From NCBI GenBank assembly GCA_965246885.1, contig OZ251992.1, positions 384,001 to 448,000 of the forward strand: 64,000 nt of DNA, read 5' to 3'. Origin of the DNA: Abditibacterium sp. (GTDB lineage Bacteria; Armatimonadota; Abditibacteriia; Abditibacteriales; Abditibacteriaceae). Below are positions 46,168-53,719 of this stretch, in pieces; the first letter of the stretch is position 1, and every line of letters begins with the position of its first letter. A program made the position numbers and the translations under genes. The notes under the pieces were generated by a model. The model was not told the DNA's origin. It did not search any database and worked only from the letters and a program-made list of their open reading frames with translations.

Positions 46168-47601
46168 TTAGTTTGAGGCGGTGCCCATGTCGTCGCGGCA
46201 CGTGCGGGCGGCGGCTTTGGCGTCCTCCAATGTCGCCACTTCCCCGCTCAGTTGCAAGAAGTAAACGCGCTCGCAAACCTTCCCGAACACCGGGCCGGGT
46301 TTCCAGCCCATTTCGAGAAGGTGTCGGCCTTGGAGAAGCGGGGCGGGCGGGCCGAACTCGACCCCGGCGGCACGTAGTCCGGTCTCGAACCAACTCGCGG
46401 CCTCGTCGAAGCCGCGCGCACGGGCGAGTTTGAGGGCCAGTTGCGGTGGCACGCGCGCGGCGAAAAAGCGGAACTCTTTGGCTTCGACGGGGGCGCGGCG
46501 GAACCAGTCGGGCGCGACCTTGCGGGCGCCGACGAGCTTGATAACAAGGGCGCGCACGTCTACGGCGTCGCCGCGCCCTTTCAGGCGGTGGATGCCGAGG
46601 TCGTCGAGCAGACGTTTGGTATCGCGCCAGCCCAAGAAGGAGCCAAGGGTAGCGAGCGTAAGGGCGATGGATTCGGGGAAATCGAGGGCGCGGGCTTCGA
46701 TGGCGGCGCGGTCGAGGGCAGCAGGGATGGTCGAGCGAATGAATTCGCAGCCAGCGAGGTCGTCGGCCTTCGCCGACGCAGGGGCAGTCACCCCGTCGGC
46801 GAAGGCCGACGACCTCGCTGGCTGCGAATTCATTCGCTCGCCCTCGCGCTCTAACGCCCGTTCTAAGGAGGGAAACAGCCGCGCGAAAACGCCGGTCTCG
46901 CGGCCCGCCCGCAAACCAATGGAGGGGCGGGCGGCGCGGAGGAGCCACTTTTCCCATTCGCCCCACACGCGCTCGCGGGGCAGGTCGTCCAAGGGGGTGG
47001 CGCGGCACAGCGCGGCGGTGGCGGGGTCAATCGTCAGATCAAAGCGGGCGGCAAATTGCACGGCGCGTAGGACGCGCAGCGAATCTTCGCCGAAATGCCG
47101 CTCATCTACGGCACGGAGCAGGCGGGCCTCCAAGTCGCGGCGCCCGTTGAAGGGGTCTACGATGTCGCCCGTTAACGGGTCGCAGAGGATGGCGTTGAGC
47201 GTGAAGTCGCGGCGGCGGGCGGCGTCTTCGATGCTGGCAAAGGGGTCGCCCTCGACCTCGAAACCCTTGTGGCCCGTCCCGGTTTTGCGGTCGCGGCGAG
47301 GAAGCGACACGTCCAACTCGAAGCGTTCGCGCTTGCCGCTCGCGTTACGGGCGTGCCAGACGAGCTTGAGGACGCGGAAACTCTCGCCAACCGCGTCCAC
47401 GCGACCGAGCGTTTTCAACACGGCGCGCAGCTGTTCGGCGGGCAGGCCGTAAACCTCGATATCGGCGTCTTTGGGGGCAAGGCCAAGCAAGGCATCGCGC
47501 ACGAAACCGCCCACTAACAAGGCGCGTCCGCCGAGCGGTTGGACGGCGCGCGCGAGTTGGCGGGTCTTGTCGAGGAGGGGCGAGGTGGGAAGAGGAAGCA
47601 T
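46168..47601 (-). CDS. cca: Class II tRNA nucleotidyltransferase (CCA-adding family) carrying an in-frame palindromic insertion
   Basis: LVGGFVRDALLG..PKDADIEV, RRDFTLNA, DPFNG..DL, FGEDSLRVLRAVQFAARF, ERVWGEWEK, PLLQGRHLL..GWKPGP.FG. Exact specificity (CCA, CC or A adding) cannot be determined here. Confidence 0.88.
   Translation of the reverse strand: MLPLPTSPLLDKTRQLARAVQPLGGRALLVGGFVRDALLGLAPKDADIEVYGLPAEQLRAVLKTLGRVDAVGESFRVLKLVWHARNASGKRERFELDVSLPRRDRKTGTGHKGFEVEGDPFASIEDAARRRDFTLNAILCDPLTGDIVDPFNGRRDLEARLLRAVDERHFGEDSLRVLRAVQFAARFDLTIDPATAALCRATPLDDLPRERVWGEWEKWLLRAARPSIGLRAGRETGVFARLFPSLERALEREGERMNSQPARSSAFADGVTAPASAKADDLAGCEFIRSTIPAALDRAAIEARALDFPESIALTLATLGSFLGWRDTKRLLDDLGIHRLKGRGDAVDVRALVIKLVGARKVAPDWFRRAPVEAKEFRFFAARVPPQLALKLARARGFDEAASWFETGLRAAGVEFGPPAPLLQGRHLLEMGWKPGPVFGKVCERVYFLQLSGEVATLEDAKAAARTCRDDMGTASN
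46732..46840. mobile_element. Palindromic element family A, copy 3 (inside the cca coding sequence)
   Basis: Perfect 47-bp inverted repeat (46732-46778 and 46794-46840) with a 15-nt loop. Confidence 0.93.
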
Positions 47602-47620
47602 GAATTGGCAAACTGGGCGC

Positions 47621-47806
47621 ATGCCCTTAATCTCCGAGTGGTTCAAAGAAGTATTGATGTGCCCCGTGTGTCGCGGTGAGTTGGAAGAAGACGAAGCGAA
47701 ATCGCTCTTGCGCTGCCCCAAAGATGGGTTGGAATTCCCCGTGCGCGACGGGATTCCGATGATGCTGGTGAATGACAAGCCGGAAGGCGCGCCTTCCCCG
47801 GCGTGA
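47621..47806 (+). CDS. Trm112/YcaR family protein
   Basis: VLMCPVCRGEL...LRCPKDGLEFPVRDGIPMML. Confidence 0.9.
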   Translation: MPLISEWFKEVLMCPVCRGELEEDEAKSLLRCPKDGLEFPVRDGIPMMLVNDKPEGAPSPA

Positions 47807-48786
47807 CGCCCACCCACTCCGCCATGCCGCCCGACTTGTCCATCGTCATCCTCAATTGGAACGCGCGCGATTATTTGCGCGCCTGTTTGCGCTCGCTTGA
47901 AAACGTGGCGGGGGAAGTGGCGTTCGAGACCATCATCGTGGACAACGACTCGCGGCTCGACGACTCTCCCGCGATGGTCGAGCGCGAGTTTCCGGGTGTG
48001 ACGCTCATTTGCAACCCCCAGAACAACGGCTTCTCGGCGGGGAACAACCTCGGCTGGAAGGCGGCCAAGGGGCGCCATGTGTTGTTCCTCAATCCCGACA
48101 CGGTTGTCGAAGCGGGCGCATTGGAAGCGTTGGTTGCGGCGCTGGACAGCGACGCCCACATTGGCGCCGTCGGGCCGCGCATGACGTACCCCGATGGCGA
48201 GTTGCAATTCTCGGCGCGCGCCTTTCCCAACTTCGGGGCGGGGCTGTTTCGCAACTCCTTTCTGGGCCGCCTGTTCCCCAACAACCCTTGGTCGCGCGCC
48301 TACTTGGGCGAAGGCTTGTCGCGCGACCGGAATCAAGACGTGGACTGGCTGAGCGGCTCCGCCCTCGCCGGAAGCCGCGTCGCCTTGGAAGCCGTCTGCC
48401 TCCACAACGGCCCTTGGGACGAGGACTACTTCATGTATTGCGAAGACATTGACCTGTGCTACCGCCTCAAAGAGCGCGGCCTGCGCCGCGTCTACGTTCC
48501 CGGCGGCACCATCCAGCACCACATCGGCAAGTCGAGCGACCTCGCGCAAGCCAAGTCCATCCGGCGCCACCACGCCGCCATGTGGCAGTTCTACCGCAAG
48601 CACTACATGAAAGGCGCGGGCGCCCTGCTCGCCCCCGTCGCGCTGCTGGGCATCGGCATCCGCGAAACCGCCGCCGTCTTCAAAATCTGCCGCACCTACG
48701 CCCGCATGGGCGTTTTGCGCCTGTTCCTACGCCGCAAAGCCCGCGCGAAGGGGCTGGGCTGGTTTTTTAAGAAGGGGGGCGGATGA
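47803..48786 (+). CDS. Glycosyltransferase family 2 (WbbL-like)
   Basis: LSIVILNWN, VDNDS, NNGFSAGNN, LFLNPD, VDWLSGS, DEDYFMYCEDIDLC. Confidence 0.92.
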   Translation: MTPTHSAMPPDLSIVILNWNARDYLRACLRSLENVAGEVAFETIIVDNDSRLDDSPAMVEREFPGVTLICNPQNNGFSAGNNLGWKAAKGRHVLFLNPDTVVEAGALEALVAALDSDAHIGAVGPRMTYPDGELQFSARAFPNFGAGLFRNSFLGRLFPNNPWSRAYLGEGLSRDRNQDVDWLSGSALAGSRVALEAVCLHNGPWDEDYFMYCEDIDLCYRLKERGLRRVYVPGGTIQHHIGKSSDLAQAKSIRRHHAAMWQFYRKHYMKGAGALLAPVALLGIGIRETAAVFKICRTYARMGVLRLFLRRKARAKGLGWFFKKGGG

Positions 48787-48788
48787 TG

Positions 48789-48893
48789 GCCAGCGAATGA
48801 ATTCGCAGCCAGCAGAAGCGTCGACCTTCGTTGACGCGATGCTTCCGTCGGCGAAGGCCGACGTTTTCGCTGGCTGCGAATTCATTCGCTGGC
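48789..48893. mobile_element. Palindromic element family A, copy 4
   Basis: Perfect 25-bp inverted repeat GCCAGCGAATGAATTCGCAGCCAGC starting 2 nt after the glycosyltransferase stop. Confidence 0.9.
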
Positions 48894-48972
48894 TGCCCCC
48901 GCTTTTTCTTTGCGCAAAATAAGGGGTAATCGGCCCTGACGCGGCGCCGGTTTCTTGGTATGTTGTAAGCGT

Positions 48973-49323
48973 ATGCCCGACCGCCAAAGCGTGGGGCGGC
49001 GCTTCATTGACTTGCGGCCCGACGCGCCCACACCGCTCTACCCCGTCGAACTCGAACGCCGCCGCCGCGTGCGGCGCATCGGCGACCGCCCGCCTTTCGA
49101 CGCCCGACGCCGCCACCGCCGCGCGCCGCTTCTGTTTTGCGCGCTGTGGACGTGCGCGTGGTGCGGGGGTGAACTGCGCCGCCAAGGCAACATCGCCGCC
49201 AATGCGCGCCGCTTCGTGCTGGTCGAGCACCCCCAACTGCGCGCGTGCGACTGCCTCGAATCGCGCTTGGCCGGAGCGCTCGTCGTCTTGACGTGGAAAT
49301 TCCAAAGCGGGCCGGAAGCGTAG
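48973..49323 (+). CDS. Small Arg-rich, Cys-containing hypothetical protein
   Basis: 116 aa with CAWC and CDC motifs and host-like codon usage; immediately upstream of, and in frame with, the helicase. Confidence 0.5.
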   Translation: MPDRQSVGRRFIDLRPDAPTPLYPVELERRRRVRRIGDRPPFDARRRHRRAPLLFCALWTCAWCGGELRRQGNIAANARRFVLVEHPQLRACDCLESRLAGALVVLTWKFQSGPEA

Positions 49324-49326
49324 AGG

Positions 49327-50973
49327 TTGCTCGCGTCCGCTCACACTAAGGGCGTGTTTCGGCGGCATCAGGCAGCGTTTGGAGAGCTTTGTAGCGGCAT
49401 TGCGGACGGCAAGATCGGCAATGTGCGCTCCATCATCTGCTCCATCACCCCCGGCGGCGGCAAGTCGCTCCTGCCGGTCATCGCCGCCAATACCCTCATC
49501 CCCCGCGTGGCCGACCGCATCGCGTGGATCGTGCCCCGCCGCTCCTTGCAAGAGCAAGCCGAAGCCGAGTTCGCGGCGGGCCGCTCGCGCGAACTGCTCG
49601 GCAACCGCCACCTCATCCGCAAAACCACCGGTGAATTAGACCCGTGCCGGGGCTTGTCGGGCTTTTGCACCACCTACCAAGCCATCGGCGCCAACAACAT
49701 GTTCTTGGTGGACGAGTTCTCGCGCCACCGCTACGCCCTCGTGCTCGACGAGCCGCACCACGTCGAGGAAGGCGGCGCGTGGGAGCGCGCCCTCGCGCCG
49801 CTTGTGAAGCGGGCGGCCCTCACCGTGTTCATGTCCGGCACATTGGAGCGCGGCAACCGCCGCAAGATTGCCTTCCTCGGCTATGGCGATGCCATGAACG
49901 GCGAGGTCGTGGACTTAACCGGGCGCAGTGGCGCCGTCGTCCAGTACTCGCGCGCCGACGCCCTCTTCGACAAGGCCATCCTGCCCATTCACTTCGAGCT
50001 AATGGACGGGACGGCCAACTGGATCGGGCGCGACGGCGTCACCTATGGCACGCGCCTATCCGACGCCGGAAAAGACACCAACGAGGCCATTTATACCGCG
50101 CTCAAGACGGAGTTTGGCCTGCACCTCCTCGACGAGTGCGCCGCCCATTGGAACGCTTACCGAGTCGAGCACCCGCGCTCGAAGATGCTCGTCGTCACCG
50201 CCAACATCGAGGACGCCAAGCGCTACCTCGCCCATGTCCAAGGCGCGGGTGTCAAAGCCGCCATCGCTACCTCCGACGACACCGCCCTCGCCACGCGCGC
50301 CATCAACAAGTTCAAGCTCACCGAGGGCAAGAGCGCCATCCACTGTTTAGTCACCGTCGCTATGGCTTACGAGGGGTTGGACGTGCCGCCCGTCACCCAT
50401 ATCGCCTGCCTCACGCACATCCGCTCCAAGCCTTGGATCGAGCAGATGATCGCCCGCGCCACCCGCATGGACTTCGGCGCGGGCGCGTGGGAGGAGCAGA
50501 TGGCGTTCGTTTATGTCCCCGACGACCGCCTCATGTGCAACATCATTGGACGGATGCAAGAGGAACAGATTGTCGCCGTGAAAGCCCGCCTCGAAGAGGA
50601 TGAGTTCGAGTTGGAAGCCGAGTCGCGCGCCCAAAACGACCCATCGGAGCGCAAAACCATCACCCCCGTCGGCTCCGGCGCGCTCACAAGACGCTCAAGC
50701 CGCGTCGGGCACGGCCCCAACGAGACCCCCGCCGTCCCCAACGAAGCCGTCATCCTCACCCCCTCACAGCAGGAATCCGCGCTCCGCGAGCGCATCCAAG
50801 CCTACTGCAAGGGCGTGGACGCCCTGCTTTTCGACCGCTCATGGGGCGAGACCAACAAGCGCGTCGTCAAGACCTTCGGCAAGTCCCGCCAAAACATGCA
50901 CTTGGACGAACTGCTGCGCGTGCTGACGTGGCTGGAGGAGATGTACCCGCTCGGTTCGATGAGCCGGAAGTAG
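49327..50973 (+). CDS. Superfamily 2 (ResIII/DEAD-like) helicase
   Basis: TPGGGKS (motif I), TTYQ, LDEPHH (motif II), MSGT, MAYEGLDVP, EQMIARATR. Real start may be GTG 49354. Confidence 0.88.
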   Translation: MLASAHTKGVFRRHQAAFGELCSGIADGKIGNVRSIICSITPGGGKSLLPVIAANTLIPRVADRIAWIVPRRSLQEQAEAEFAAGRSRELLGNRHLIRKTTGELDPCRGLSGFCTTYQAIGANNMFLVDEFSRHRYALVLDEPHHVEEGGAWERALAPLVKRAALTVFMSGTLERGNRRKIAFLGYGDAMNGEVVDLTGRSGAVVQYSRADALFDKAILPIHFELMDGTANWIGRDGVTYGTRLSDAGKDTNEAIYTALKTEFGLHLLDECAAHWNAYRVEHPRSKMLVVTANIEDAKRYLAHVQGAGVKAAIATSDDTALATRAINKFKLTEGKSAIHCLVTVAMAYEGLDVPPVTHIACLTHIRSKPWIEQMIARATRMDFGAGAWEEQMAFVYVPDDRLMCNIIGRMQEEQIVAVKARLEEDEFELEAESRAQNDPSERKTITPVGSGALTRRSSRVGHGPNETPAVPNEAVILTPSQQESALRERIQAYCKGVDALLFDRSWGETNKRVVKTFGKSRQNMHLDELLRVLTWLEEMYPLGSMSRK

Positions 50974-50977
50974 CTCT

Positions 50978-51101
50978 TGCCCAGCGACTCAAGTCGCGGG
51001 CAACCTACGGCAAAGCCTCCCTTCGGAGGCTACGCGCCTGCACACTCAGTCGGCGCAGGCCGACTTTGCCGTAGGTTGCCCGCGACTTGAGTCGCTGGGC
51101 A
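50978..51101. mobile_element. REP/MITE-like palindromic element (family C)
   Basis: Perfect 38-bp inverted repeat TGCCCAGCGACTCAAGTCGCGGGCAACCTACGGCAAAG (50978-51015 and 51064-51101); each arm holds a GCGACT-CA-AGTCGC hairpin. Confidence 0.85.
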
Positions 51102-51110
51102 GAAGACACC

Positions 51111-52295
51111 ATGCAACCCGCCACCCCACTTGACCCATTAAACCCCTTCGCCGCCTTGCGCGCGGAAGCGGCGACCTTGGGCGCGGAAGCGGACGGGGTG
51201 TTCGCGGGGCAGTTTTGGACGGCGGGGCAGCGTCAGGGGCACTCGTTGCACGAGGTTTCATACCGCGCGTGCTTCAAGCCGCAACTGGCGGCGTTCTTTA
51301 TCGAGCGGTTTTCGCGGCCCGGCGAGTGGGTGTATGACCCGTTCATGGGGCGCGGCACGACCGTTTTGGAAGCGGCGCTGCGCGGGCGGCGGGCGTGGGG
51401 GAACGACCTCAACCCCGTGTGCGCGCGCTTGATTGCGCCCCGCTTGCAGCCGCCGGACGCGCTCGCGGTGCGGGAGAGGTTGGCGATGGAGCTACCGACG
51501 TCCGCCCTTGAGAGCGGGGAGTTGCTGGCGTTCTACCATCCGTCCACCCTCGCGGAGTTGGAAGCGTGGCGGCGCTATTTTGCGTCGCGCCGCGCGGCGG
51601 GGAGTTTCGACGGCGTGGACGGTTGGATCGAAATGGTCGCGTGTAGCCGCTTGAGCGGGCACTCGCCCGGCTTCTTTTCGGTGTATACCTTGCCGCCCAA
51701 TCAAGCGGTGTCGGTCGCGTCGCAACGGAAGATCAACGCCCGCCGCGCGCAAACGCCGCCCGCCCGCGATACTCGCGCCCTCATTTGGCGCAAGACGGCG
51801 CAACTGCTCGGCAGTCCGGCGCGCCCTGCGCCGCTCGCGCACCGCGTCACGACGGCCTGCGCCTCGCACTGCCCAGAGTGGGCGCGCGGGCAAGTGGACT
51901 TGGTCCTCACCTCGCCGCCGTTTCTCCATGTGGTGGACTACCGCGCCGACAACTGGTTGCGCGCGTGGTTCTTGGGCGTTAACCAGACGGACGCCGCGCT
52001 GTGGCAACCCCCGCAATTAGAGGAGTGGCGCGCGTCCATGAAGCGGGCCTTCACTGCGTGGCACGGGCTACTCAAGCTGACGGGCGCCGTCGTCGTTGAG
52101 GTGGGCGAGGTGCACGGCGGTAAGCTCGACCTCGAAAAGGTCGTCGCGGGGGTCGGCGAAGAAGCGGGCTTTGCGGTCGAGGCCATCCTTATCAACGGCG
52201 GGCGCTTCACTAAGACGGCGAACTGCTGGGGGATAGACAACATGAGCAAAGGCACCAACTCCAACCGGCTGGTCGTGTTCTCACGGCAGGCGTAG
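51111..52295 (+). CDS. Site-specific amino (N4-C/N6-A) DNA methyltransferase
   Basis: SAM-binding VYDPFMGRGTT precedes catalytic VDLVLTSPPF; N-terminal HEVSYRACFKPQL. Confidence 0.82.
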   Translation: MQPATPLDPLNPFAALRAEAATLGAEADGVFAGQFWTAGQRQGHSLHEVSYRACFKPQLAAFFIERFSRPGEWVYDPFMGRGTTVLEAALRGRRAWGNDLNPVCARLIAPRLQPPDALAVRERLAMELPTSALESGELLAFYHPSTLAELEAWRRYFASRRAAGSFDGVDGWIEMVACSRLSGHSPGFFSVYTLPPNQAVSVASQRKINARRAQTPPARDTRALIWRKTAQLLGSPARPAPLAHRVTTACASHCPEWARGQVDLVLTSPPFLHVVDYRADNWLRAWFLGVNQTDAALWQPPQLEEWRASMKRAFTAWHGLLKLTGAVVVEVGEVHGGKLDLEKVVAGVGEEAGFAVEAILINGGRFTKTANCWGIDNMSKGTNSNRLVVFSRQA

Positions 52296-52339
52296 GGTCG
52301 CAAGAAGCGACCCGGCCCGTTTCCGCCAAACTGCTCCTC

Positions 52340-53677
52340 GTGTTGCACCTCGTTTTCAAGCCCCACCGCGAAACGCTACGCGCGCAAACGTCGGACGCGC
52401 AGAAGCTGTTCGTGCTCCTCAAGGTCATTCCCTCGGCAAGCGTGGGCGCGGTTCGCCCGCCCCTCGCGCTCGCGTTTGTGGTGGACACGAGCGGCTCGAT
52501 GCGCGAAGCGGGCGAAAGCGGGGGCCAAAGTTCCAAGTTGGAGGTCGCCATCCGCGCAGCGCAAAACGCGTTGGGAGACGCGCGGCTGGTGGAGGGCGAC
52601 CTCGTGAGCGTGATTCAGTTCGATGACCGCGCGCGCGTCGTGCTACCGCTCGCGCCTTTGGGAGATCGGCGCGCGGCATCTGCGGCGCTCAAGACGCTCG
52701 GCGGCTACACCGGGGGAACGCAAATCGCCAAGGGGCTGGAAGCGGCGCGCGGCGAATTAGCGCGCATCCTCCAAGCGGGTGTCGCGCAACGCGTGCTCTT
52801 GCTGACCGATGGGCAAGCCTTTGACGCCGAGTCGTGCCGCACTGCCGCCAAAGCACTTGCGCTGGCAAACGTGCCCCTTGTGGCGATTGGCGTGGGCGAT
52901 GACTACAACGAGGAACTCTTGCGCGACCTCGCCGAAATCGGGCGCGGGCGGCCCTACCACCTGTCCGAAATCGAGCGCTTGGAGGAAGTGTTCGGCATGG
53001 AAGTGCAGTCGTCCACGCGCGAAGTCGTGACGGGCTTGCGCGCGCACGTTCAGACCACCCCCGGCGTGACGCTGGGCGGCGCGACGCGCGTGTATCCCGA
53101 CTTGGCCGAAATGCCCGTTAGCGCCTTGGCCCCCGACGCGGCGACGGCGCCACTGGGCAACATCGCGGCGGGCGACTATACCGTCTTCATTCTGGAGATG
53201 ACCATCGCCGGAGCCGCGCGCGCGGTCGGGCGGGAGCGCTTGGCGACGGTGCAACTCTTCGGAAGCACCTCGACCGCCGCCGGGGAAATTGAGTCGCCCG
53301 CGACTGAGCTTGTCGTTTCCCTCTCCCTCGACGACGCCGATGCGGAACTGGTCAACGACGAAGTGCTCGGCTACGTCGAGCAGCGCAACGTGGACAGGCT
53401 GGTTCAAAACGCCGTCCGGCGCGCCCAAAGCGACGTTCCCGGCGCCCAGAAATCGCTGCGCATCGCGCTCGACATCACGCGCCGCATCGGAAACGCGCGC
53501 GCCACGCGGATGCTCCAACAGTCGCTTGACGAACTGGGCACGCGCGGCCAACTGTCGTCCTCCACGCGCAAGACCGTCCTACTCGAAACCCGCACGCGCA
53601 CGGTGAAGACCAAAGTGGCGGACGCCCTCGACGACGTTCCCGCCGACGACGACATCCACCGCCTGACGGGGGCTTAA
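52340..53677 (+). CDS. von Willebrand factor A domain protein
   Basis: MIDAS VVDTSGSM, GGTQI, LLTDGQ, IGVGDDYNEELL. Confidence 0.9.
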   Translation: MLHLVFKPHRETLRAQTSDAQKLFVLLKVIPSASVGAVRPPLALAFVVDTSGSMREAGESGGQSSKLEVAIRAAQNALGDARLVEGDLVSVIQFDDRARVVLPLAPLGDRRAASAALKTLGGYTGGTQIAKGLEAARGELARILQAGVAQRVLLLTDGQAFDAESCRTAAKALALANVPLVAIGVGDDYNEELLRDLAEIGRGRPYHLSEIERLEEVFGMEVQSSTREVVTGLRAHVQTTPGVTLGGATRVYPDLAEMPVSALAPDAATAPLGNIAAGDYTVFILEMTIAGAARAVGRERLATVQLFGSTSTAAGEIESPATELVVSLSLDDADAELVNDEVLGYVEQRNVDRLVQNAVRRAQSDVPGAQKSLRIALDITRRIGNARATRMLQQSLDELGTRGQLSSSTRKTVLLETRTRTVKTKVADALDDVPADDDIHRLTGA

Positions 53678-53719
53678 GAGCCTTGCCACTCGAAGGGCAA
53701 CGCGCGAAACTGCGAACGT

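Noticed and set aside
46732..46840. Intein or self-splicing intron in cca
   Set aside because: Far too short, with no Cys/Ser...His-Asn intein ends or group I/II intron structure; it is a simple DNA palindrome also found at three other sites.
47602..48603. N-terminal 334 aa of the 811-aa ORF 46168-48603
   Set aside because: Antisense to the Trm112-like and GT2 genes; the nucleotidyltransferase motifs begin only after ATG 47601.
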